Positions 1-9,013 of a stretch of DNA of 64,000 nt are shown here, piece after piece (the stretch's first letter is position 1; each line of letters begins with the position of its first letter). A model generated the notes under the pieces. That model made no database searches and had not been told where the DNA came from. It was given only the letters and a program-made list of their open reading frames with translations. The stretch spans positions 186,001 to 250,000 of IMG/VR virus record IMGVR_UViG_3300049793_000366; one strand, 5' to 3'. The translations under genes and the position numbers were made by a program.

Positions 1-495
1 TTGTGTGCTTTCATCAGTGCTTTCATTATTGTAGATGATTTCACCTAATGATGCTGGTGAATAGTTTATAGACTTTAATACTTTGTTGTCTTTGGTTCTG
101 AATACAATGAATCTACCTTCTGATTCTTCTATGTGTGCTTCAGTGTTATCCTTCTGTTTATAAAACTCAACTGTTTTTTGTGCTTCTTCTCGTGTCTCAC
201 AAGATTTGCTCATGTTGCTTCTGTGTACTTCATCGGATAATGCTGGGAATTTATTACCTAATCCAAATTCTAATACAGCACCGCTTAAAACATATTGTAA
301 GTCAGCTAAGGCATCTGCAATTTCGATGATGTTGTAGTTATTAATTGCTTCTTTTAACTCATCTAATTCTTCTTGTAAAAGACTAACACGTAAGTCACAT
401 CTGTCCTGTGGTGGTATTTGTGGTGTATCTAAGATTGGAGCCTTGTTCGTCTTATGAAACTCAGCTACCTGATTGAGTGTGTCTAATTTATCCAT
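1..495 (-). CDS. MazG-like / PRA-PH-family NTP pyrophosphohydrolase (3' end runs off the window; absent from the ORF track)
   Basis: Manual translation from ATG at 495: MDKLDTLNQVAEFHK...LRVSLLQEELDELKEA...EIADALADLQYVLSG...EVHRSNMSK. Contains the EExxE...ExxD metal-binding pattern; no stop before base 1. Confidence 0.85.
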   Translation of the reverse strand, partial: MDKLDTLNQVAEFHKTNKAPILDTPQIPPQDRCDLRVSLLQEELDELKEAINNYNIIEIADALADLQYVLSGAVLEFGLGNKFPALSDEVHRSNMSKSCETREEAQKTVEFYKQKDNTEAHIEESEGRFIVFRTKDNKVLKSINYSPASLGEIIYNNESTDESTQ

Positions 496-511
496 TTCTA
501 TTTATTGATTT

Positions 512-520
512 TAATATATA
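512..520 (+). promoter_or_regulatory. Putative late promoter TAATATATA
   Basis: Exact motif 29 nt upstream of ATG 550; recurs upstream of many structural genes. Confidence 0.6.
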
Positions 521-549
521 ATATCACAAAAATTCAATAAAGTTTACTT

Positions 550-1638
550 ATGTCTAAATATATCAGAAGCTTCGAAAACCACAGACTTTCTTCAATAGAA
601 GATAGAGCTATTGATAAATTTATCAATGAAGGTTGGTTAGATGACCAAATGAAAACAGCATCAGCAGCTATAAAAGGATATTTGGGACAAATTACTGCTC
701 CTTTCAAGAGTGTTATTAAAGATATTAGAAAGGGTATGGATAATGAGAAGATAAAAACTTCATTATCAAACTCACTTGACAACGCATTTAAGAATGCTAA
801 TAAGTCAGTGGATGCTATTAAAGACGAAGCAGATTTAGCTAAGATTGTACCAGACTTTCAGGGTGTTGTTTCTCAATTAGCACAACAATTGGAGAAAGAG
901 ATAGCAACAGTAAAAGAATCTAAATTATTTGAAGCAAATGCTCAGGATTCATTAATTGGCGCGAAGGTTATACTTAATATGGTTACTGATAAAATGACCA
1001 AGTTGAAGCAAAATTTTGACCAGCAAGTTGCAAAGGCTAAAGATTTAGCTACTAAGAAAGCGGCTGTTAAGAAAGAGCTTAATAATATGTACACTCAATT
1101 ACAAAATGATATTAAGTCGATTGATATTGATGCACTGGTTAAGGAATATAAAGAGAAGAATAAGATAGAAGGAAATAAGAATGGTATAATTTTGGACTGG
1201 GGTGATGTTGAGATTACATTACAAAGTATGGAAGGTGAAACTAATCCATCTGGTCAGAAATTTGAAATTGGTTATTATAAAGTAGTTAAAACGGGGTCTA
1301 AGAAAATATTAGAAAATGACGTTGTTAAGATAACTGGTATTGTTAAGAAGGGTGATAAAGCTAAGTTTACCGAAGTACTAAGAGGTAACAAGCCATTTAA
1401 GATTGATAATAAAGACTTCTATGAAACTGGTAATATTGAAAGACTTGTAGTTGATGATAAAGAAGTTACGGAACATAACTTTGGTGGTGAGAATCAAGAT
1501 CCAAACTCTGACTTGAAATCTAAATTAGCGAAGATTAAAGGTGATGCTGATAAAATGGATGTAGTTAATAATTTAGTTGATAATCTTGACAATCCTGATA
1601 AGATGAAACAAGTCGCAGAAATTTTAGATAAAGGATAA
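550..1638 (+). CDS. Hypothetical helical protein with capsid-targeting-like N-terminus (probable virion/internal protein)
   Basis: 362 aa ORF starting MSKYIRSFENH; late motif upstream. Confidence 0.6.
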   Translation: MSKYIRSFENHRLSSIEDRAIDKFINEGWLDDQMKTASAAIKGYLGQITAPFKSVIKDIRKGMDNEKIKTSLSNSLDNAFKNANKSVDAIKDEADLAKIVPDFQGVVSQLAQQLEKEIATVKESKLFEANAQDSLIGAKVILNMVTDKMTKLKQNFDQQVAKAKDLATKKAAVKKELNNMYTQLQNDIKSIDIDALVKEYKEKNKIEGNKNGIILDWGDVEITLQSMEGETNPSGQKFEIGYYKVVKTGSKKILENDVVKITGIVKKGDKAKFTEVLRGNKPFKIDNKDFYETGNIERLVVDDKEVTEHNFGGENQDPNSDLKSKLAKIKGDADKMDVVNNLVDNLDNPDKMKQVAEILDKG

Positions 1639-1898
1639 TGATTAAGCAAATTAAAAAAGTAATTAGTGAGCTTGAATTGAAATCAAATGAAAGCTTTAGT
1701 GCCTTTTCTGACTACATTGAGAATATGAGAGAGAAGGGTAATTTTGAATTACTTAACAACGCTGTTTCGCGTAAGTTTGGATTTGACTATTATAGTTATA
1801 AAGGTATAACTATTGCTGACTATAAGAAAATTGTTTATAATGGATTTAAGAATAATGGTAGACTTGGTATAGAATCCGTTATTAGAAAAGCTATTTAA
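1638..1898 (+). CDS. Hypothetical protein
   Basis: 86 aa ORF coupled to the upstream gene (TAATG). Confidence 0.6.
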   Translation: MIKQIKKVISELELKSNESFSAFSDYIENMREKGNFELLNNAVSRKFGFDYYSYKGITIADYKKIVYNGFKNNGRLGIESVIRKAI

Positions 1899-2659
1899 TA
1901 CCAAGAGTGTTCCGGATTCTCTTCGAATATAGAATCTAAATAATTCTCAATAACACTACTCATATCTTTTGTTTTATACATTTCAGCAGGACCTTCTGGT
2001 CCTATGTGTACTAAGTAACATGAATCTACATTAATACCGTATTGCTTAAGAATAACTTTATATAAATGTAATTGTATTGAGTATTCGGTTTGATGGTTTT
2101 TGTAGAAGTTATCAAATGGTGTTAGTAAATTTTCAGATTTACCCCAATCTGAATCATCTGTTGTGAATTTCTTATTTGTCTTCCAATCTAAAATAAATAT
2201 CTTATCGTTGTAGATGAATATAGAATCTATCATACCAGCTATTCTCCATTTTCTTGAGAATATTCTTTGTTCAAATATAACTGGTGTTAGTTTGTGTAAC
2301 TTCTGTGCATATAGAATATTGAATTTATTTATTCTCGATGTCACATCTAAATTACTTGGAAGTGGTTGCCAAATTTGGTTGAAATAATTCTCAATCCAGT
2401 TGTGTGTAGCAGTACCTAATTCATTCGCATAATCATTCAGCTTTCTCCATTGTTCTAAGATAAATTCTTGAGGAACACCTTGCTCGTCTGCTTTTACTTT
2501 TGACCAATGGTCTGTTTCGAATGGTTTGTGAAATTTAGAAATAAGCTGAGTTACTGAAATAAATCGCTTACCCTTGTATGTATATTTGTGATATACAGGG
2601 TCGAATTTGAAATCAGGATCGTCAAAAACCTCAAGCTTTTTTATAATGTCATTCTTCAC
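1895..2659 (-). CDS. PD-(D/E)XK (RecB-like) exonuclease
   Basis: GTATHNWIE...EQRIF...AGMIDSI...ILDWKT...QLHLY motifs; no Fe-S cysteine cluster. Confidence 0.85.
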   Translation of the reverse strand: MKNDIIKKLEVFDDPDFKFDPVYHKYTYKGKRFISVTQLISKFHKPFETDHWSKVKADEQGVPQEFILEQWRKLNDYANELGTATHNWIENYFNQIWQPLPSNLDVTSRINKFNILYAQKLHKLTPVIFEQRIFSRKWRIAGMIDSIFIYNDKIFILDWKTNKKFTTDDSDWGKSENLLTPFDNFYKNHQTEYSIQLHLYKVILKQYGINVDSCYLVHIGPEGPAEMYKTKDMSSVIENYLDSIFEENPEHSWY

Positions 2660-2716
2660 TAAAATGATATTATAAAAAAGTCAAAAAGTTTATTTAATCC
2701 GTTGATTTTTAGGTGA

Positions 2717-3049
2717 TTATTTACCTAAAGTGTCAATTTTGGCTGAATCTTTAACGAGTAATGAATCTTTAGGTAGAAAAATAGCTTTGAAGGGCTTTTT
2801 CTCTGGTTGTGGAGGTGGTAAGTAGAGTGTGTCGTGTTTCACCACCTCTTTGGGTGGTAAGTTTGTCATAACAGCTACTATTGAATCCAGTTGCTTTATT
2901 CTTATATCCTTTGCCGCTGATTCATTTGTTTTTCGAAACAAGAAGAAACTAAGTAGTGATATTGTTATTATAATTGCGATGCATACGAATAAAAAAATAC
3001 CTACTGTCCCTTCGTGTCTTCTGTGATAATTCTGGTGGTTGCTTCTCAT
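2717..3049 (-). CDS. Hypothetical membrane-anchored protein
   Basis: N-terminal hydrophobic segment GIFLFVCIAIIITISLLSFFLF followed by a Pro-rich tail. Confidence 0.65.
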   Translation of the reverse strand: MRSNHQNYHRRHEGTVGIFLFVCIAIIITISLLSFFLFRKTNESAAKDIRIKQLDSIVAVMTNLPPKEVVKHDTLYLPPPQPEKKPFKAIFLPKDSLLVKDSAKIDTLGK

Positions 3050-3357
3050 TTTTTGCGTTTATAGTACTTGTTATAGTGAGGGTTCGGGAATAGCTTAAGA
3101 TGTAACCAAATTCTGAATTTAGAAATTTTAGCCATTAACTTAGCCCATGTCCATTTTTCAATCTTATTTGGTGTAGGCTTTTCTTTCTCACCTAAGATGA
3201 AGTCGATTTTACCAACGATTTCTTCGTCTACTGGTATTTCGTCTCCATCTTTTAGAAGATTTCTAAGCCTATCAAATGGTGCAAGTCTTTGGTCGTCTGG
3301 GTTATGCTCATAGTCGTGATATAAACCCTTATACATTTTTTCTGTTTCCTTGTCCAT
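3046..3357 (-). CDS. Hypothetical protein
   Basis: 103 aa ORF directly downstream of a host-type promoter; ATGA overlap with the next gene. Confidence 0.6.
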   Translation of the reverse strand: MDKETEKMYKGLYHDYEHNPDDQRLAPFDRLRNLLKDGDEIPVDEEIVGKIDFILGEKEKPTPNKIEKWTWAKLMAKISKFRIWLHLKLFPNPHYNKYYKRKK

Positions 3358-3374
3358 AATTGCTATATTTTAAA

Positions 3375-3406
3375 CAAATGTACAAAAAAATATGGACATA
3401 TCCAAA
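3375..3406 (-). promoter_or_regulatory. Bacteroidota sigmaA-type promoter (TTTG-N20-TACATTTG)
   Basis: Minus strand TTTG gatatGTCCatatttttttg TACATTTG matches the -33/-7 consensus with 20-nt spacing. Confidence 0.75.
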
Positions 3407-4066
3407 TTACTTTCTCTTAATAAGAATTTCGTCAATTATACCGTATGCTTTAGCTTCTTTAGCTGTCATCCAGTAATCTCTGTCTGAATCTATGCTTACT
3501 TTGTCGAATGGTTGACCAGTGTTGTCGGATAATATTTCAGAAAGCTCTCTTTTTAGAGAATGTATGTGTTTTGATTCAATCTCGATATCAGATGCTTGTG
3601 CGTAGCCTAAATAGCCAAGTGGTTGGTGTATCATAGTTCTGGCTCTTCTAAGTGATTTTCTCTTACCTTTTGTACCGCAAGATAGAATCACAGCAGCCAT
3701 AGAAGCCGCGATACCAGTATTTATAGTAACTATATCATTTTTAATAAATTCCATTGTATCAACAATACCCAAACCATCGTAAATTGAGCCACCGCCTGAG
3801 TTTATGTATATTTTGATATCCTTTTCGCTGTCTAATTGCTCTAAATATAGAAGCTGTGCCTTAATGACATCAGACATTTCATCATAAATTTCGCCATTTA
3901 AGAAAATTATTCTGTCTTGTAGGAGTTTGGTAAATACATCTAAAACCATACCATCAAACTTTTGATCCACTATTGATGTTGTTAGATTGTTTTTATATCT
4001 GTGTTGTTTAGCTGATGATATACCGGATGATAGCATCCATTTCTTATAGTCTCGTTGGTCGTTCAT
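3407..4066 (-). CDS. clpP: ATP-dependent Clp protease proteolytic subunit
   Basis: LLQDRIIFL...YINSGGG...AASMAAVIL (catalytic Ser)...MIHQP (catalytic His)...DRDYWM. Confidence 0.95.
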   Translation of the reverse strand: MNDQRDYKKWMLSSGISSAKQHRYKNNLTTSIVDQKFDGMVLDVFTKLLQDRIIFLNGEIYDEMSDVIKAQLLYLEQLDSEKDIKIYINSGGGSIYDGLGIVDTMEFIKNDIVTINTGIAASMAAVILSCGTKGKRKSLRRARTMIHQPLGYLGYAQASDIEIESKHIHSLKRELSEILSDNTGQPFDKVSIDSDRDYWMTAKEAKAYGIIDEILIKRK

Positions 4067-4143
4067 GTTACCCTAATTTTCTTTTTCATTTTACTGTATT
4101 TTTTGAAAAAGTTTAGCCTCGATAATTTATGATATTTGAATTA

Positions 4144-4152
4144 TAATATATA
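4144..4152 (+). promoter_or_regulatory. Putative late promoter TAATATATA
   Basis: Exact motif upstream of ATG 4172. Confidence 0.6.
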
Positions 4153-4171
4153 ATAAAAATTAAAACTCGCT

Positions 4172-4528
4172 ATGAAAACTAAAATAGAAGTAAACGGTTT
4201 CGAAATCGAAATACAAGAAAATGAAGAAAATGGTGTAGTATCCATCAATGTTACCAGAGAAGGTGAATCAGTTGATGAGATGACACTTGACCCATCTGAA
4301 TTTACAGATGAAGAAGGTTCTAAAGAAGATGGTGAAGGATCATCTGATGATACAGTTAAGTCATTTGGTGACTTTGGTGGTGAAGAATCAGACCTAGCTG
4401 GTGAAGAATCAGAAGAAGAAACAGAGGAAGAAGAACAAGAAGAACAAGAAGAAGTTGAAGAATCAGTTAAATCTACTGAGACTAACGAAAGCTTCCACTC
4501 ATTCCAAGACTTTATTAGCAAGAAGTAA
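4172..4528 (+). CDS. Highly acidic small protein (prohead core/scaffold-like) with a C-terminal capsid-targeting-like motif
   Basis: Glu/Asp-rich tract; ends TNESFHSFQDFISKK. Confidence 0.6.
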   Translation: MKTKIEVNGFEIEIQENEENGVVSINVTREGESVDEMTLDPSEFTDEEGSKEDGEGSSDDTVKSFGDFGGEESDLAGEESEEETEEEEQEEQEEVEESVKSTETNESFHSFQDFISKK

Positions 4529-4565
4529 TTAATTAGTTTACTAAACATAATCAATGAAGAATCAT

Positions 4566-4593
4566 AAAAGAGCCTGTAATTCAGGCTCTTTTT
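4566..4593. terminator. Rho-independent terminator
   Basis: aaaagagcctg-taatt-caggctcttttt hairpin with T-tract. Confidence 0.8.
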
Positions 4594-4605
4594 AGTTGCA
4601 ATAAT

Positions 4606-4614
4606 TAATATATA
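4606..4614 (+). promoter_or_regulatory. Putative late promoter TAATATATA
   Basis: Exact motif 5 nt upstream of ATG 4620. Confidence 0.6.
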
Positions 4615-4619
4615 CGAAT

Positions 4620-5909
4620 ATGATTAAAAAATTTGAAGATTATAGCTCATTTCCAAGTGAACCAAGAAAGGAACTTGTTTATTATAGTTTCGACTGGGAT
4701 GATAATATTCTACATATGAATACAGTCATACATATGGAAAAGCTTGTTGGTAGTGAATGGACGCCAGTTGATATATCGACTGAAGAGTTCGCTAAGATAA
4801 GAGGTGATAGAGATAATTATAAATTATATAACGAGAATGCTGAAAGTGCTTTCTGTGAATTTTGTGATAGAGGACCTCGTGGTTCGAGTGCTTTCTTAGA
4901 AGATGTTAAAGATTCTGTTAAGAATGGTGGCTTTGCGCCATCGTGGTCTAAGTTTATAGATTGTATAGTTTCTGGCTCTTTATTTGCAATCATCACGGCT
5001 CGTGGACACGAACCAAATTCTATAAAAGAAGCAGTTAGATGGATTATTGAAACACAACTAACAACTGAACAACAGAGTAAATTGGTTAGTAATTTATTAG
5101 CTTTTCATAAAGAATTTAATAACGAACCAAAGGAACAAATAATTGAAGATTATTTAGATTTGAATTTTTATTTTGGTGTATCATCGAATACATTTATAAA
5201 TCGTTTTGAATCTGAGTTAAATGTAGCTGATACAGCTATGAATCCAGAAAAGGCTAAAGAAGTAGCTTTGAAGTTTTTCATTGAGAAAACACACGCTTAT
5301 GGTAAAATGATTAATGCTAAAGTTAAGATAGGATTCTCTGATGATGATATTAAAAATGTTGAACATATTGAAGAATTAATGAAAGGCGAACTTTCGTTGA
5401 AATACCCATTATCTACACTAAGAATATATGATACTTCTGAGCGTGGTTATAGAAAAATAAAAATAGAAGAGTCTATGGACGAAAGTATTAATCCTAATTA
5501 TGAATTCTTTGTTGTATATAGCAATGAACGAATTGTATCTGGTTGGGAATCCGAAGAAAGTGCTTGGGATGACTATAATAAGCGAGTTGAGAAAAATATG
5601 GATATGGAAAATTCCCTATCGGTGTATAGTGTAGAAGAGTGTGATGAGAATGGACTTGATCCATTTGATTGTGATAATTGGATAAGTGAGGGTGATAATT
5701 TCTTTGAATTTAGTGAAGAAGGAAATGATGAAGAAATCATGGAAAAAAAGAAGTTTAAAAAAGCAACAAAAGCTACTGAGTCTCAGACTGGTGCGGCTAT
5801 TGATTTGAAAGATGCTTTACCTAAAGAAGATATGGGTTGTGATAAGGATGATGCTGTTACTGAGTCTAAATCTCGCTTAAAAACATTTAAAACATTTTCT
5901 AAAAAATAA
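4620..5909 (+). CDS. HAD-superfamily hydrolase-like protein with acidic C-terminal extension and capsid-targeting-like termini
   Basis: FDWDDNI (motif I DxD), ITARGH (motif II), GFSDDD (motif IV); begins MIKKFEDY, ends SRLKTFKTFSKK. Confidence 0.65.
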   Translation: MIKKFEDYSSFPSEPRKELVYYSFDWDDNILHMNTVIHMEKLVGSEWTPVDISTEEFAKIRGDRDNYKLYNENAESAFCEFCDRGPRGSSAFLEDVKDSVKNGGFAPSWSKFIDCIVSGSLFAIITARGHEPNSIKEAVRWIIETQLTTEQQSKLVSNLLAFHKEFNNEPKEQIIEDYLDLNFYFGVSSNTFINRFESELNVADTAMNPEKAKEVALKFFIEKTHAYGKMINAKVKIGFSDDDIKNVEHIEELMKGELSLKYPLSTLRIYDTSERGYRKIKIEESMDESINPNYEFFVVYSNERIVSGWESEESAWDDYNKRVEKNMDMENSLSVYSVEECDENGLDPFDCDNWISEGDNFFEFSEEGNDEEIMEKKKFKKATKATESQTGAAIDLKDALPKEDMGCDKDDAVTESKSRLKTFKTFSKK

Positions 5910-5932
5910 GCGATTGCTTATAGTTAGAAATT

Positions 5933-5941
5933 TAATATATA
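5933..5941 (+). promoter_or_regulatory. Putative late promoter TAATATATA
   Basis: Exact motif upstream of ATG 5963. Confidence 0.55.
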
Positions 5942-5962
5942 ATAAAAAATAGCAATATTCCA

Positions 5963-6556
5963 ATGAGTTTAAAAGAATTAGTGGATAAGATTAAAGCCGC
6001 GAAAGTATCAAAAGATAGTTACATGATTATTAAAGAAAGACAATCTAATGTTTATCAGAGAGTAGCTAAGGATGCTTTTAGTTTTCTAAATATAACTGGT
6101 GCATACCGATATACCTATCCGAATGGTGATATACTTTCTGATAAGTATTCGACACATGGTGATGTAGTAGCTTTGAGAACACATGGTGTTGGTAAGATAA
6201 AATCTGAGAAGACTGATAAAAATATTTGGGATGTTCACGGATTAACCTATAACTCATACATAGAAGAGTTTGGATTTGTTTCTGATTTATTCGATTTTTA
6301 TGACAAAGTAGATTCTGGTAAATTTGGAAATAGCGGTGGTGATTTTTCAAATAAAGTGGGTCAAATGGTAGTTGAGTGGGAACAACCTACTATTATAACA
6401 GATGTTGAAATCATTACGAGTATGCCAACTTTGGAATTTAATGACTCATACGGTCATAAGCACGTTGGTTCTTATAAATTCCCATTAATTGCTTTTATAA
6501 AAGACGAGAAACTTAAAAAAGAATTCTACCTTAAAAAGGTTGATGAAATGAAATAA
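5963..6556 (+). CDS. Hypothetical protein
   Basis: 197 aa ORF with genome-typical composition. Confidence 0.6.
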   Translation: MSLKELVDKIKAAKVSKDSYMIIKERQSNVYQRVAKDAFSFLNITGAYRYTYPNGDILSDKYSTHGDVVALRTHGVGKIKSEKTDKNIWDVHGLTYNSYIEEFGFVSDLFDFYDKVDSGKFGNSGGDFSNKVGQMVVEWEQPTIITDVEIITSMPTLEFNDSYGHKHVGSYKFPLIAFIKDEKLKKEFYLKKVDEMK

Positions 6557-6562
6557 TATATT

Positions 6563-6844
6563 ATGGATTTAATAGATTTTATATCAGATAAGGATAAGAA
6601 GGCAATCTCTGAATTAGAGGTTGGATATCTTATGAGAAGTGTATTTAATATTGATGCCGCTACTGACGGTACAATTACGCTTGGTATGAGTTACGACCTA
6701 TTAAATGGTAAGAGAATAGTTATCGATATTGATAACTCTAAGACTGATAAAACATCAGATGATGGTGGTAGAACAGTTTTAAATAAAGAACAAACAGAAG
6801 AATTAATAAAGGCTCTAATCGCTATGCGTAAAGCCTTTGATTAA
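6563..6844 (+). CDS. Hypothetical protein
   Basis: 93 aa ORF in operon. Confidence 0.6.
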   Translation: MDLIDFISDKDKKAISELEVGYLMRSVFNIDAATDGTITLGMSYDLLNGKRIVIDIDNSKTDKTSDDGGRTVLNKEQTEELIKALIAMRKAFD

Positions 6845-7906
6845 TTAATTTGATAAGTCCATCTTAACTGCTTTGGAACATTTATAGTCGATGAGTTTTA
6901 TATCATCATATTTAATATCGAATAAGTTTTTATTCGATATTTCTATTTTGGGTAAATCGAATGTTTCGTTTCTTAATTGTTCCTTAATTGGTTGTATATG
7001 GTTTAAGTAGATATGACAATCACCACCAGAGAAAATTAAATCTTCTGGTAACATATTTACTTCATTCGCTAATAATTGTAGTAATAGACCATATGATGCA
7101 ATATTGAATGGTAATCCCAAACCCACATCAACGCTTCTTTGTGTCCACTTTAGACTAATTGTTCTTCTTGGTATTCTTAAGGTATCTAACTTTTCATGTG
7201 TCATATCATCGCCATAGTGAATGCTTTTACCAAGTGATGATGTCCACGTTTTAACTCTTTCTTCTAATGTAAGTAGTCTTGTATAACATTGAAATCCATA
7301 ATGACAAGGTGGTAATGTCATATTAGGTAAATCGGCTACGTTCCAAGCTGTAACCATCAACCTTCTGCTATCTGGATTGTTTTTTAAATCATTTATAAGC
7401 ATTTTTATTTGGTCGAATGGTTCTTCAAACCAACCTTCTATATCACAAACTACTGGGTTTTCCCAACGTCTCCACTGTGCGCCATAAACAGGTCCTAATT
7501 CTCCGCAAATTCTACAAAATTTTTCGTCTTCTAATATGAGTTCAGCGAATCTTTCAACAGTAATCTCGCCATATTTCTGATACATCATTTGTAGTTCACA
7601 AATACTACCCTTGTAGTCTTTGTAGCTCATGTATTTCTTGTGAGCATCACCATTCCATATATTTACATTGTTTTCAACTAAGTATTTAATATTTGTACTA
7701 CCAGCTAAAAACCATAATAATTCATGTGCAACACCTTTAAAATATACCCTTTTGCTTGTAAGTAGAGGAAAGCCATCGCGCATATTGAATCTCATTGTGT
7801 AGTCAAATATTGACTTAGTGCCTGTTCCTGTTCTGTCTGACTTCTCTATTCCGTTATGTAGGATATGTTCAACTAATTCTAAATATTGTTTGTCTACTTG
7901 ATTCAT
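6845..7906 (-). CDS. thyA: Thymidylate synthase
   Basis: DRTGTGT, FPLLT, LLWFL, SRR, LPPCH (catalytic Cys), QRSVD..LGLPFNIASY, HIYLNH. Confidence 0.97.
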   Translation of the reverse strand: MNQVDKQYLELVEHILHNGIEKSDRTGTGTKSIFDYTMRFNMRDGFPLLTSKRVYFKGVAHELLWFLAGSTNIKYLVENNVNIWNGDAHKKYMSYKDYKGSICELQMMYQKYGEITVERFAELILEDEKFCRICGELGPVYGAQWRRWENPVVCDIEGWFEEPFDQIKMLINDLKNNPDSRRLMVTAWNVADLPNMTLPPCHYGFQCYTRLLTLEERVKTWTSSLGKSIHYGDDMTHEKLDTLRIPRRTISLKWTQRSVDVGLGLPFNIASYGLLLQLLANEVNMLPEDLIFSGGDCHIYLNHIQPIKEQLRNETFDLPKIEISNKNLFDIKYDDIKLIDYKCSKAVKMDLSN

Positions 7907-7924
7907 GATGCTGCTCTTGATTTT

Positions 7925-7933
7925 TAATATATA
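7925..7933 (+). promoter_or_regulatory. Putative late promoter TAATATATA
   Basis: Exact motif upstream of ATG 7958. Confidence 0.6.
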
Positions 7934-7957
7934 CTTAAAATTGAAAGTAAAGTTTAT

Positions 7958-8383
7958 ATGCCAATAAAAATGTTTCAGGAGTTTTCTAACGAATCGGTGA
8001 ATAATATAATAAGCTTCAAATTGCTTGATATTGAACCAATTGAAAAAAGATTATCGGATCTTAAAACTTCTAATATTGACTATACAATAACGCCTGCTAT
8101 CTATAACTATTATCAAGGAAAACTGATATCTGTTAAGAGGATTAATCCTAAATTTAGCATGGTTGATAATCTAAGAGCGATACGAAAGAATGCTGTTGGT
8201 GAGATTTCACCAGGATTCAGAATTGATATTAAGATACCAGATTCTACAAAGGATAATACGTGGTTGTTTGATAAATTAGCATCAATTGAACAAGATTTAT
8301 CACCAGTATTTAGGTTTGATTCTAAGCAAGACCATGAGGGATATCATGTGGATTTTATATATAAAACAAAAGAAAAACTTTGA
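7958..8383 (+). CDS. Hypothetical protein with capsid-targeting-like N-terminus
   Basis: Starts MPIKMFQEFSNES. Confidence 0.6.
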   Translation: MPIKMFQEFSNESVNNIISFKLLDIEPIEKRLSDLKTSNIDYTITPAIYNYYQGKLISVKRINPKFSMVDNLRAIRKNAVGEISPGFRIDIKIPDSTKDNTWLFDKLASIEQDLSPVFRFDSKQDHEGYHVDFIYKTKEKL

Positions 8384-8808
8384 TGTATCTAATTATAGCG
8401 AATATTATTTTTATACTATATGCTCTAATCGAAGGATTTAGAGAGGGATTTTATTGGTTTTTTAAGGCTAACTCGCGTAGACAATCAGAGTTTGAAATCC
8501 ACCCCGTATTTGCTGTTCAAAGAGGTTTGGTGTTGGTATTGATAGCTCTTAATGTATTTATGTTCACTGATATATTGAGTGCTTCATTGAACTTTTTAAG
8601 TAATGCCCTTCTATTTAGTTTCTTTCATAATGGTTGTTACTACTTAACAAGAAACAAATTAGATTCTAAGGTTTACCCACTTAAGTGGAAGGATGATTCG
8701 AAAACATCAACTGCATTAACTACTAAAATATTTACATATAGAAATAGAACTATATGTGCTGTGATTGGTCTTGTTATAACAGTACTTAGTATTCTTTTAA
8801 TAAAATAA
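8380..8808 (+). CDS. Hypothetical multi-pass membrane protein
   Basis: 3-4 hydrophobic segments. Confidence 0.65.
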   Translation: MMYLIIANIIFILYALIEGFREGFYWFFKANSRRQSEFEIHPVFAVQRGLVLVLIALNVFMFTDILSASLNFLSNALLFSFFHNGCYYLTRNKLDSKVYPLKWKDDSKTSTALTTKIFTYRNRTICAVIGLVITVLSILLIK

Positions 8809-8818
8809 ATAAAAAACT

Positions 8819-9013
8819 ATGTCACATTTAGAAAAAAGAGGAATTGATAAATCAAGTGGTTTATCTGACCAAGAATTAACAATGCTTAGAGAGAAATTCA
8901 TCAGTGAATATTCTCAGAAAAAAGGATGGGTTAGAGAAACACTAACTACTGAACAATTACTTGAGATTAAAGAACAGAAGGGTTATAAGACACCTGGAAT
9001 GATTCTTGGATAA
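8819..9013 (+). CDS. Hypothetical small protein
   Basis: 64 aa ORF with A-rich leader, filling the gap between genes. Confidence 0.55.
   Translation: MSHLEKRGIDKSSGLSDQELTMLREKFISEYSQKKGWVRETLTTEQLLEIKEQKGYKTPGMILG

Noticed and set aside
1638-1898. Capsid-targeting leader on MIKQIKKVISE (also MRKYSEKFLND at 49633)
   Set aside because: The first lacks both aromatic anchor positions and the second has shifted spacing; neither was counted in the tagged set.
1895-2659. Cas4 / CRISPR adaptation gene
   Set aside because: PD-(D/E)XK motifs are present but there is no four-cysteine Fe-S cluster, no other cas gene and no repeat-spacer array anywhere in the window.
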